Assembly (NCBI GenBank): GCA_964252035.1
Contig: OZ176208.1
Direction: 5' to 3' (one strand)
Origin: Podarcis erhardii
Taxonomy: Eukaryota
Length of the DNA stretch: 64,000 nucleotides
Part shown: positions 26,268-36,008 of the stretch, piece by piece
Layout of the letters: each line of letters starts with the position of its first letter
Numbering within the stretch: position 1 is the first letter of the stretch
The notes under the pieces: generated by a model
What the model saw: the letters and a program-made list of their open reading frames with translations, nothing else
What the model was told of the DNA's origin: nothing
Database searches by the model: none
Made by a program: the position numbers and the translations under genes

Positions 26268-27637
26268 TATTATGTACAGACATAACACTAAGCGAAAGGA
26301 ATCACCATGAGACCTGCATGTACAGGGCGGTATACAAATTTAATAAATAATAAAATGAAACAAGGATTGAAAGGTATCCAATGTAACACCAATTTAAAAA
26401 AAGGGATCCTGGGAATTACAGGCTGATTAGCCTCATCTGTCCCAGGAAAACTTGTGGAAAGTATCATTGAAGTTTCAATAATTAGTAAAATACTGCTTAA
26501 CTTAAAAAGTTTTGTAGCACTTTAAAACTGAGGGGAAACAGTAAAACTCTGAAGTAAAGCTTACTTAAATATGGTATAAAGTTGTACTTCAAAATGTTGT
26601 ACAGGCAACTCCCCATTTTATGTTGGGGTTGTGTTCTGGGCCCCCATGCACATAAGTGAAATCACGCGGGGGAGCACCCTCTAAACACCCTCTCTGCCAC
26701 TCTCTCTTCAATCTATACCAAAAATAGTATATCCAAAAATATTCACAACTAGAACTGAAGTTGGAAGACATGTGGGAAAGCGGTTGTTGCTGCTGTTGCT
26801 GCACTACCTACACATCAGCTGTTAGGCAGGGAGGTTGAGCGGCATAAACAATGCCCTGCTGTGCCTCTGGTCACTTTGGGTCTTCCTCCGCCCTCACTGA
26901 CGGGTCTCTTCCAGGTCAGGTCTCCTCGCAAGTTCCAAGGACTCTCCAGCCATATTTGGATATGAATTATTATTTCCCCGTGCCATGCGTGTATGTGGTT
27001 GTGCATGAGTAGAACATAATGGAGGGGATGTCTGCATTATAAAATCCATTTGGTTTGTGAATAGTTAACTTAATGAAGGAAAAAGGTGGGCAAGGTCACC
27101 TCCACAACTGAGACCTAAGGAATATAAGGTAATCTACAGCTGGCAACCTGCCAAGGAACAGCTAAGCTGATACCATTACTAAGGTGGTGACTAGGTCCCT
27201 TGAGAAATGTTCCATTATGTAGTTGACACTGGAGACCACTGCTTTTATAAGACACAGTATAATAATAAAAAAGGTTAAATTGCAATGTGGACTCTTGTTG
27301 ACATTCCACTGGCACTCAGTGGGCCTCAGTTAAAACTCAGTGAGCTGTCAGAGAGTAACCTTTGGTGAGAGGGATGTGCCTGAAGTGTATCAAAAGGCAG
27401 ACACAGCCCTGTAGGAGTAAGCCTGGAGTTGGGAGAAGAAGCTGAGATCTGAGCAGCAGCAGCAGCAAGCAGTAACTGTCCAAGGATGGAGAGGTCAGGG
27501 TGAACGTGAAACCCAGCTTGTAAAAAGAGCGGAAGCCAGATTGTCAGTGGTTCACAAGAAGCAGCGAGTTTCTGACCAAATGAAAACTTTAGGTTAAGTC
27601 CTATATAAAAATCTATGTGTTAACTAGGGAGAAGATA

Positions 27638-27852
27638 CAGTGGTACCTCGGGTTAAGAACTTAATTCGTTCCAGAGGTCCATTCTTAACCTGAAACTGTT
27701 CTTAACCTGAAGCACCACTTTAGCTAATGGGGCGTCCTGCTGCCGGAGCGCGATTTCTATTCTCATCCTGAAGCAAAGTTCTTAACCCGAGGTACTATTT
27801 CTGGGTTAGCGGAGTCTGTAACCTGAAGCATCTGTAACCCAAGGTACCACTG
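27638..27852. mobile_element. Tc1/mariner MITE, family A (opposite orientation to 24121)
   Basis: TA-flanked CAGTGGTACCTC...AAGGTACCACTG. The interior is the reverse complement of the 24121 copy. Confidence 0.92.
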
Positions 27853-27969
27853 TAATGGCAATTGCCTTAGACCAGGGAAAAGACATGGTTATTTTAAAGA
27901 GGTAACATTGTAAAGCAAACATCAAAGTTTCATTTAACATCTAGCCTTTCAAATACATCCTATTATCAG

Positions 27970-27970
<1 letters not shown>

Positions 27971-28011
<41 letters not shown>

Positions 28012-28024
28012 GTAGTAGTAGTAG
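27971..28024. repeat. (TAA)13(TAG)5 compound microsatellite
   Basis: Read directly from the sequence. Confidence 0.95.
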
Positions 28025-28140
28025 TTTGGCTTTTCAGTTTTAAGCCTCCTGGTCTGTTTGTCCCATAGTCTAATAAGGGAGTATTTAGAACTAATTGGAG
28101 GCAGTGGAGATTTGTGGATGATGGGCGGTATACAAATTTA

Positions 28141-28143
<3 letters not shown>

Positions 28144-28179
<36 letters not shown>
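28144..28179. repeat. (AAT)12 microsatellite, probably an L2 tail
   Basis: Preceded by GGGCGGTATACAAATTT, typical of L2 3' ends elsewhere in this window. Confidence 0.9.
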
Positions 28180-28181
<2 letters not shown>

Positions 28182-28340
28182 AGCAGGTGCTACTTTTGGC
28201 TCGAGAGCTTGTTACTCAGCTCCGTTCTGTCCTGCTGTAAGTTATCATAGAACTGCAAAGTTGGAAGGTCCAACCCCATTACAATGCAGGGGGAAGATGC
28301 AGCTGTCCCTTATGGGGGTCGAACCTTCAACCACCTGTCC

Positions 28341-28382
<42 letters not shown>

Positions 28383-28749
28383 TTTTTATTTATACCCCGC
28401 CCTCCCCAGCCAAGGCCGGGCTCAGAGCGGCTTACAAGCAATAATAAAAACAAGATGAATGATTACAACTTAAAAACAAAAAATACAACATTAAAATAAT
28501 GGAACATTAAAATATTAAAATGTAGCCTCATCGCAGGAGGAGAAGGAAAAGAAAAAAGAAAGAGAGGGAGGGAGGGAGGGAATCAAATTGGCTCCAAGCC
28601 AAAGGCCAGGCGGAACAACTCTGTCTTACAGGCCCTGCGGAAAGAAATCAGATCCTGCAGGGCCCTGGTCTCATGAGGCAGAGCGTTCCACCTGGCTGGG
28701 GCCAGAGTTGAAAAGGCCCTGGCTCTGGTTGAAGTCAATCTAACTTCCT
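28341..28749 (-). mobile_element. Young L2 LINE 3' end with (AAT)14 tail
   Basis: Near-identical reverse complement of 62451-62917. The ORF2 C-terminus reads ...WNALPHETRALQDLISFRRACKTELFRLAFG. Confidence 0.88.
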
Positions 28750-28781
28750 ATCAGGTGCCCTAGGGCAACCATCACTGAACC

Positions 28782-29069
28782 CAGGGCCAGATTTAGATCT
28801 GATGAGGCCCTAAGCTACTGAAGGTAATGGGGTCCTTTCTATTTCCAGCTGTTCTTTGTCAACAACAAATTGTCAGTTTTTTTGTGTTGAATATATGCTA
28901 TTCATAGGAGCCTACACAGCACAAAACACGGTTGGTGTATGTAGGTTTTGTTTTTTATCTTATATTTTGGAAATGTACATCCAGGGTTTTTTTTCTTAAA
29001 TTTTTTGGGGGGCCCCCATTTGGGGCCCTAAACTATAGCTTGTTTAGATTATAAATTAATCCGGCACTG
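28782..29069. mobile_element. hAT MITE
   Basis: TIRs CAGGGCCAGATTTA / TTAATCCGGCACTG. Perfect 8-bp TSD ACTGAACC (28774-28781, 29070-29077). Confidence 0.9.
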
Positions 29070-29090
29070 ACTGAACCCCACGCTTTCCCC

Positions 29091-29245
29091 CTCAGGTTAC
29101 AGACTCTGCTATCCCAGAAATAGTACCTCGGGTTAAGAACTTTGCTTCAGGATGGGAACAGAAATCACGCGGCGGCAGCGGGAGGTGCTTCAGGTTAAGA
29201 ACGGACCCCCGGAACGAATTAAGTACTCAACCCGAGGTACCACTG
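29091..29245. mobile_element. Tc1/mariner MITE family A, left end missing and internally deleted
   Basis: Matches the family A interior and retains the right TIR GAGGTACCACTG|TA. Confidence 0.88.
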
Positions 29246-29379
29246 TACACATATATATGGACACCCCATATATGTATGGATACACTGCCCCTGCCTGGGG
29301 AGGCTCTGAACGCAGATTCAGCCTTCTTACACCAAGGGGAGGGCAAAGGGGGCAGCGGCGCCTTCTTCTCCATCCCGGG

Positions 29380-30130
29380 AATAATGAGGCGCAGAGGGAG
29401 GGAAATGAACGAGAGACTCCGAGGAGCGCTTCCCCATTTCTGCGGGCCGCTCCTCCAAAGCGAATGGGGGATCCCCCCCCCAGTCCCTCCGACGAGGGGG
29501 GGGGCTGTTTCGGAAGAAGGCTTCCTAGGCCGCCCTGAGGAGCCGGCCAACCGCCAACTCCCCGCCCCGCCAAGCGCGCCAAGCGGCGGGCGGAGGCGGA
29601 ACCCTCGCGCGCAGTCCCGGCTGGCGAGGGGACGCCTTTGGGCGCGGGACGCCTTCCGCCTCGCCGCCCGCCCGCCCGCCCGCCATGGCGGTGGACATCA
29701 CGCTGCTCTTCAAGGCCAGCGTGAAGACGGTGAAGACCCGCAACAAGGCCCTGGGGGTCCCGCTGGGCGGCGGCGGCGGCGGCAGCGGCAGCGAGGGGCC
29801 CCGCGACGAGGCCCAGGCCCTGCTCAAGCGCGGCGGGCAGCGCGCCAAAGGCGACTTCTCCAGCCGCGCCCGCGAAGTGGTGAGGGGGGCTGGCAGGGGG
29901 GCGGGCGGGCGCCAGGACGGCGCCAGTCGAGTCCAGAAAAGAGCCTCTGGCCGCGACTCCAGGGGCAGCAGCTCAGCTGGGGCTTCTTACTATCTTGAGG
30001 CTGCGTTTGGCTGTGCGGAAGTGAAGAAGCGGCACTCTGCACATGCTCGAAGTGCTCCTTTCTTCGCAGGTCGCCAGAGAGGGGGGTCGGAGTTCTGCCT
30101 GGGTAGGATCTGGTGTGTTGAAAGAAAAGA
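29380..30130 (+). promoter_or_regulatory. STX18: CpG-island promoter / first-exon region of STX18
   Basis: Very high GC and CpG density. GC boxes CCCCGCCCCGCC (29561-29572), ETS-like CGGAAG (29511 and 30016), no TATA box, and strong Kozak context CCCGCCATGG. The TSS is not determinable from sequence. Confidence 0.8.
29685..29879 (+). CDS. STX18: Syntaxin-18, coding exon 1 (65 aa)
   Basis: [25 protein letters not shown]...[11 protein letters not shown] matches the vertebrate STX18 N-terminus. Donor GTG|GTGAGG at 29880, phase 0. Confidence 0.97.
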
Positions 30131-30145
30131 AAGAGGGGTGGGAAG

Positions 30146-30654
30146 CAGCGGCGTAGCGGGGGTTGTCAGCACCCGGGGCAAGGCAAGTAATTTGCGCCCC
30201 CTAACCCCTAACCTGCCGCCACTGCCAGCTTCTTCTTGCTGCCGCCTGGGCTGGGGTATTTACGGTAAGGTAGCCACGGCGGCGGCGGTGGGTCCGTGTC
30301 AGGTGATCTGAGGCGAGTTGCCACTGGCGCTGCCGCCCAAACGACGCCACTTGCCCAGAGGAGGAGGAGGGCAGAGAGGCGAGGACCCATGCCCAGCCGC
30401 TGCAGCAGCAGCGGCGGTGCTGTGAGGAGGGGCTGCCTGGCGCGCCCTCCGCGGCCCTGACACGCGGGGAGCCGCTACCTGCCGGACGCCTTCAGCCCGG
30501 ACGCACGCACAGCTCGTCGGTTCCGCGAGACATGGGGCTCTGCTACAGCCTGCGCCCGAGGCTCTTCGGCGACTCCGGAGGCGGCGAGCGCGCCCCCCCC
30601 AGATGTTGCGCCCGGTGCGGCCAGCCCCCCTGCACCCCCCACGCTACGCCACTG
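30146..30654 (+). mobile_element. Non-autonomous hAT element carrying captured GC-rich host sequence (Pack-type)
   Basis: TIRs CAGCGGCGTAGC / GCTACGCCACTG. Perfect 8-bp TSD GTGGGAAG (30138-30145, 30655-30662). Both arms match the 645-814 element, but 30214-30592 is extra. Confidence 0.9.
30532..30591 (+). pseudogene. GNAL: Captured fragment resembling the start of the GNAL XL isoform (XL-Galpha-olf) exon 1
   Basis: MGLCYSLRPRLFGDSGGGER versus the mammalian XL-Golf start as I recall it, MGLCYSLRPLLFG (12 of 13 identical). It is truncated by the right arm of the hAT element. Confidence 0.7.
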
Positions 30655-30897
30655 GTGGGAAGTACTGCACGTTGGAGCATATTCTTTGCGGATCTGATCC
30701 TCTTGCATTCCCCACCTACCCAGCCAGTGGTGACAGTGTAAAGGAGGATGGGGTGTTAATTGTTTATTTTTATACCGCCTTTTTAGCCCAATGGCCCCCA
30801 GAGTGGTGAACAACATTAATCCATATTATTACAAAAAGGTACAATACTGTACATAAAAACACATCTATCAAGACAATATAAAATAGCGGCAAGGTTT

Positions 30898-30997
30898 TCA
30901 GTGCAATCCAATACATACATGTCTGCCCAGAAGTAAACCCCACTAAAATCAAAGGGATTTAAGTTCAGGTATGTGTTTATTATGGGATTGCAACCTA
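30898..30997. mobile_element. Short palindromic (hairpin) element, possibly a PIF/Harbinger-type MITE
   Basis: GTGCAATCC...GGATTGCAAC termini around an AGTAAACCCCAC...GGGATTTA core. Related copies at about 49125-49265 and 20660-20745. Confidence 0.4.
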
Positions 30998-31274
30998 AAG
31001 CACCTTGCAGAATAGGAGTGGGCTTTTGGAGAGTGAAAAACTCATACCCTTTGTGGCAATTGTTTTTCTTCATTGCTGAAGAAAAAGGAAACTTTTCACC
31101 TGCAACGGACTAATGTGTTCACAAAATATGTAAACGTTGTACTGCAACATTATCATAATGGGCATCTTGTTCAATGGTTGAATTTAATATCAGTGATTTA
31201 CATCACAGTCTTAAGCATTTCTACTTGGAAGTCCCTCTGAGTCTATTGGGACCAACTGTAGAATAACTGTAGAG

Positions 31275-31495
31275 CAGGAGTGGCCAACTCCCAAGAGGCT
31301 GCAATCTACTCACAGGGTTAAAAACTGGCAGTGATCTACCCCATTTTTTGTGGTGCTGGACAAAAAAATTGAGCTTTTTTTAGGGGAGCCAAAGTTGTTG
31401 AGCTTCTTTGCAGGGAGCCAGTGATCTACCAGTGATCTACCACAGACGTCCAGTGATCTACCAGTAGATCACAATCTACCTGTTGGACATGCCTG
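31275..31495. mobile_element. hAT-Charlie-type MITE
   Basis: Termini CAGGAGTGGCCAAC / GTTGGACATGCCTG. Perfect TSD CTGTAGAG (31267-31274, 31496-31503). Internal repeats of CAGTGATCTAC. Confidence 0.9.
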
Positions 31496-31517
31496 CTGTA
31501 GAGTAACTGGATTACAG

Positions 31518-31719
31518 CAGAGCTCTCCAAACTGTGTGTCGCAACACATTAGTGTGTTGGCTGTTGTAGGTGTGCCGTGCGAATTCTCCCTGTGTTCCTC
31601 CCACGGCTAGAAAGGGGTTAGTTTAACCTCCGGTTTGCTAGTAAAACTGAATTACTGTGTCATGAAATGATGCATGTCTAAAAAGTGTGTCACCAACATG
31701 AAAAGTTTAGAAAGCTCTG
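31518..31719 (+). mobile_element. hAT-Charlie-type MITE, copy A of a tandem pair
   Basis: TIRs CAGAGCTCTCCAAACT / AGTTTAGAAAGCTCTG. Confidence 0.85.
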
Positions 31720-31734
31720 GTGTAGACTGTTCTG

Positions 31735-31917
31735 CGTTCTGTTGGAGGCAGCAATGCTTCCGAATGCCCCAGTTGCTGGAAACCAGAGGGGAGAGTTGCT
31801 CTTGGGCTCATGTTCTTTTTGCAGATTCTCCACAGGGATATGGTGGGCCACTGTGAGAACAGGACGCTGGACTGGATGGGCCATGGGCCTGATCCAGAAG
31901 GTTCCTATCTTCTAATG
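31735..31917 (+). mobile_element. Old CR1-type 3' UTR fragment between the two MITE copies
   Basis: ...GGCCACTGTGAGAACAGGACGCTGGACTGGATGGGCC...CCTGATCCAG...TTCTAATG, a typical old reptilian CR1 3' terminus. Confidence 0.55.
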
Positions 31918-32338
31918 CAGAGCTTTCCAAACTGTGAGTCATGACACATTAGTGTGCCGGCCGCTGTGTGTAGGTGTGTAGCATGAATGCTCCCCACACT
32001 CTTTCTGGGGATGGAAAGGGTTAGTTTAACCTCTGGTTTGCTCGTTTAGTCATTTAGTTGTGTCTGACTCTTCGTGAGCCCCTGGACCAGAACACGCCAG
32101 GCCCTCCTGTCTTCCACTGCCTCCCGCAGTTTGGTCATACTCATGTTTGTAGCTTTGAGAACACTGTCCAGACATCTCATCCTTTGTCATCCCCTTCTCC
32201 TTGTGCCCTCCATCTTTCCCAACACCAGGGTGTTTTCCAGGGGGTCTTCTCTTCTCATGAGGTGGCCAAAGTATTGTGTCTCGAAATGATGGATGACCAA
32301 AAAGTGTGTCACCAACTTGAAAAGCCTGGAAAGCTCTG
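31918..32338 (+). mobile_element. hAT-Charlie-type MITE, copy B, interrupted by a BovB fragment
   Basis: TIRs CAGAGCTTTCCAAACT / AGCCTGGAAAGCTCTG. Collinear with copy A on both sides of the insert. Confidence 0.85.
32043..32276 (-). mobile_element. BovB (RTE) LINE 3' end
   Basis: Reverse complement of the BovB 3' region (...GTGTCTGACTCTTCGTGAGCCCCTGG...CATCTCATCCTTTGTCATCCCCTTCTCC...GGTGGCCAAAGTATTG), recognisable from Bov-A/BovB. Confidence 0.85.
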
Positions 32339-32600
32339 GATTGCAGTCTTAAACTGCTCTAAATTTATCTAGATGGAGTCTGAACCAACATGCCAAAATG
32401 CAGGTGTCTTGGATAAGATCAGGCTCCATTATTGGAGCATGTGCATTTGCTTCCTTTTATCATGGCTATCCCTGATTCAGTGGCAGGTGTGGAACAGAGC
32501 TTGCTGTCCTTGAATACATATGTATTTCTTTCAGTCTTGCCAGTGACAAGCTTATTGGCTCCTTGCTGTCTAACTAGAGACTGTTTCCACTCCCTCTATC

Positions 32601-32851
32601 CATGGGTAGGCAAACGAAGGCTCGGGGGCTGGATGCGGCCCAATCGCCTTCTCAATCCGGCCCGCGGATGGTCCGGGAATCAGTGTGTTTTTACATGAGT
32701 AGAATGTCCACTTTTATTTAAAATACATCTCTGGGTTATTTGTGGGGCATAGGAATTCATTCATTATTATTTTTTCAAAATATAGTCCGGCCCCACACAA
32801 GGTCTAAGGAAAGTGGAGCGGCCCCCTGCTGAAAAAGTTTGCTGATCCCTG
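32601..32851. mobile_element. hAT-Charlie (MER58/MER30-like) MITE
   Basis: Termini CATGGGTAGGCAAAC / GTTTGCTGATCCCTG with internal GGCCCGCG / CCGGCCCC motifs. TSD not preserved. Confidence 0.6.
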
Positions 32852-35828
32852 ATACAGTCCCATAGCCTGTTTCTACTGATGCAGTAGTAATAGCAGCTTC
32901 TGTCCCAATGAAAGGGACATTATCCCCTTATCATGCGCTAGAGCAAAAGGGTCGGTACAAATGCAGTAGAATATACAACTAAACTGTAGTGCTTATTTTA
33001 CTACTAATACTGTATATGAATTTCTAACGACATCTTGTTTTATTTTGCCTTTAGCTGTGAACCATTAGAGCTGGGGGGTTTTCATAGTAGCAACAGTGGG
33101 CAGCTATTAAAGTGTAGTCCTAATTAGTTCAGTTCATAAAAACCTTTTCTTCCACAGTCCTCACCAGCACTCCAATTTTGCTTAACTGTTAAGTGATGCA
33201 TTTTAGTGTCAATATTTGCACTTCCTTTTCTTCTAATAGTTAATGCTAACCACCAATATCTGTTGCTACAAAGCCTCCTTGGAATGTGTACATGTACCTG
33301 AGCTTACATTTTATTCTTCACACAAACATCACATCACATCACATCTGTATATAAACCCTTGGAAGGCTGTTGATGTATGTAAGCCAGATAAATTATCTCT
33401 GAAAATAAGGGCACCTTGTTAGCCTAGTATCTAGAATGCTTTTTTGCAGGGGAGAGGAGATTGCAAGTAACTTGCTTACCTCTTTTCTGAGGAGCTATAT
33501 GTTTGTATGCAGTTTAATCCTTGGCATCTCCAGTTGGATGAATCTTCTGTAGGAGTTGGGCTCTGGAAGACCCAAAACCTTGCAGAGTTGCAGCTAGCTG
33601 TAGTAGAAAGTACTAGGCTAGATGTACTAGGAAGTACTGGAACTGATTCATCTGTTCTGAGCTGTATGGTGATCTTGTAAAATAGTTGAAATGTACAGCC
33701 TTATGAAGTGATACCCAAGCACTAAACTACTGGACATTAGGTAGTTCTGATTAAAGTGGTCATTTGCTGCCAGAGTTGGTGTTGCAATAAAATAAAATAA
33801 AGTGAAGTGTTTACTGCAGCTATAAACTCAACTTGATTATGTAGACAGAGGATTCACTCAAATTTTTATTCTTCCTTTTTTTTGTTATATATGTGCCACT
33901 GCTTCTATTACCAGGCAGTAAAACTTGAAAATGTAAAACAAAGTTGAACAACATTTAAAGATCATCCTGTATTTCAGTGCTAGAGGGCTCTCAATTGTTG
34001 ACTGACTACAATTGAGAAAATTAGTCAGGTTCCTACCAGAGTTACCATAGCATACTTTTACCTCCGTAGTTTCTCATGTGATGACATCAGATTGAAGAGT
34101 CCGTTTTCAATGTCAAAATGGAAACGGAAATTAAATCTGTTGTAGAGAAACTAAAATATTGTTAGCGTAAACCAGCCTTGTAAATTTGCGCTCAAACATT
34201 ACCAGCTTTCAAATGGCATGGGAAGAGACTTTGCTGCCTCTATGTCATGTTTCTGTGCCTGATGCTTGTCTCTTGTAGGAACACAGGAAGGGGTGCACTT
34301 TTCCACCACTGCCTGTTGTGTTGGGTTCTATGCTGTACATGTAGGAGTGAGCTTTGGCTCCTCTACACCCAGCACAGAAATGCAATGGGATGGAAGTGAA
34401 GGGACAGAAAGATTTGTCCCTTTGCTGCCAGCTTGCTTGGTTTCTGTGTGGACAGCGAGAAGGCAAAATACCCCCTCCATGGCTAGCATAGAAACACAGT
34501 TGGTTGCTGGGGGGGTGGGGGGGTGGCGAGTCAAGCACTCCAAACCTCTTCTGGCAACTTCCTCACTTGCCTGGATGCGGTTCTTAGTTGCCTGTGGCGA
34601 CCAGGCAAGTGGTTCAAACAATGATGGGGTAAACCAGAAACACTGTCTATTGCAGCATGCTTTGCATTTACAAAGTTTATTTTAATTGGTGACCGTTATA
34701 ATTAAGAGCAGGGGAAAGAGAACATGCACGTCTGCAGCGTAGGTTAAGTGTTAATCAGCTCTGCAGTTTAGAGAAATTCATCTTGGACATTAAGAACTTA
34801 AAATGGTTTCATCTTTCGGTTTGCTTTTAATGAGAAGCTAGCTCTTTTAAATCGGGCTCATAGCTGAGGTTATAGGGACAGCTAGTTCTTCCTCATGTAA
34901 CAATTTAAATAGAAACTCATTGATACTGGTATATACAGTATTATACTTATAGTTTATACAGTATTACCGTATGTTTACACACATCTATTTTAAATATTGA
35001 ACTAATTCCCATATCATGTAGCACAAGTTTTATTTTTGCAGAAAAATAGCAAATTAACAATATGAAAAGTTATGTTTATGTCAGAAACTAATTTAAAACT
35101 AAAGAGCATGCCTTATTTAATAGTTGATTAAGTTCCAGACCAGTTAATAGTCCCTTGGGGAGTGCCTCTGAAGTCAGCCAAGTAAGATGTGTGTACAGGA
35201 CAAGCAGTTCAAAATGCTAAGTTTAGTCTAGTAATATATATATATGAATATATATATTCATATAACAACTAGTATGGATATATGAAAAGTGAGGATTGGA
35301 TAAGCAGGGTTGCTGTAACTATGAGCTGCCTCTCTGAGGTGACATTTACCAGTTTATCTCTCACAGGTTAAATAGTATATTGCCGAACAGTGATACCAAG
35401 AGGCTAAGAATTTTTATATGCCTCTTTTCTAAAATATGTGCCATGTAGACAAAATTATATTTGTTTGTTTTATTACACTTAATGTGAATAATTGTACAAA
35501 CAATATGCATACACTACAAATGTAAACTACTTTTAATCCCATTCAGTTGTCACAGCTCCCAGACATCATCTTTCCATGATTGGATAACTCCCTGCCCCCT
35601 TTTTTGTTTATATTGGTCTGAGTAAGAGGCAGAATAGTGACAGAATGAAAACTTGTTGAATGTGAAGTAGATTCGCCTTCTGTGTTTGTTCTTTAGCAGT
35701 TTTGGTATCCTGGACTGCATGTCTATTTTTTAATATGTGTCCTAGTCAGACTTCAAAATAATTTAAGTATTCTTAATGGGAACACATTAATTCCGACATT
35801 TTTCATTCCCTAAATAATTTTCTTTCTT

Positions 35829-35961
35829 TTAGAAGACATCTGAAGGCAGCCCTGTTTAGGGAAGTTTTAAATATCTGAAGTTTTATTCTGCTTTTAATGT
35901 TCTGTTGAAAGCCATCCAGAGTGGCTGGGGAAACTCAGCCAGCTGGGTAGAACAGAAATAA

Positions 35962-36006
<45 letters not shown>
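35829..36006 (+). mobile_element. L2 3' end with (ATT)15 tail
   Basis: TTTTAGAAGACATCTGAAGGCAGCCCTGTTTAGGGAAG is shared with the 11560 copy. The tail spans 35962-36006. Confidence 0.82.

Positions 36007-36008
<2 letters not shown>

Noticed and set aside
29276-29998. 240-aa ORF and several antisense ORFs over the CpG island
   Set aside because: Off-frame by-products of the GC-rich promoter and STX18 exon 1.
29880-30311. Treating the 208-aa ORF 29685-30311 as a single-exon protein
   Set aside because: STX18 similarity stops exactly at the GT donor at 29880 and resumes in exon 2. The rest is intron read-through.
30355-30390. MGPRLS..LLL resemblance to the COL4A1 signal peptide
   Set aside because: Similarity is limited to about 6 residues, and the downstream sequence does not match COL4A1 exon 1.
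34266-34685. 139-aa ORF in intron 1 near a good acceptor (CTCTTGTAG)
   Set aside because: No homology recognised, and STX18 exons 1 and 2 already join in frame with the expected sequence.
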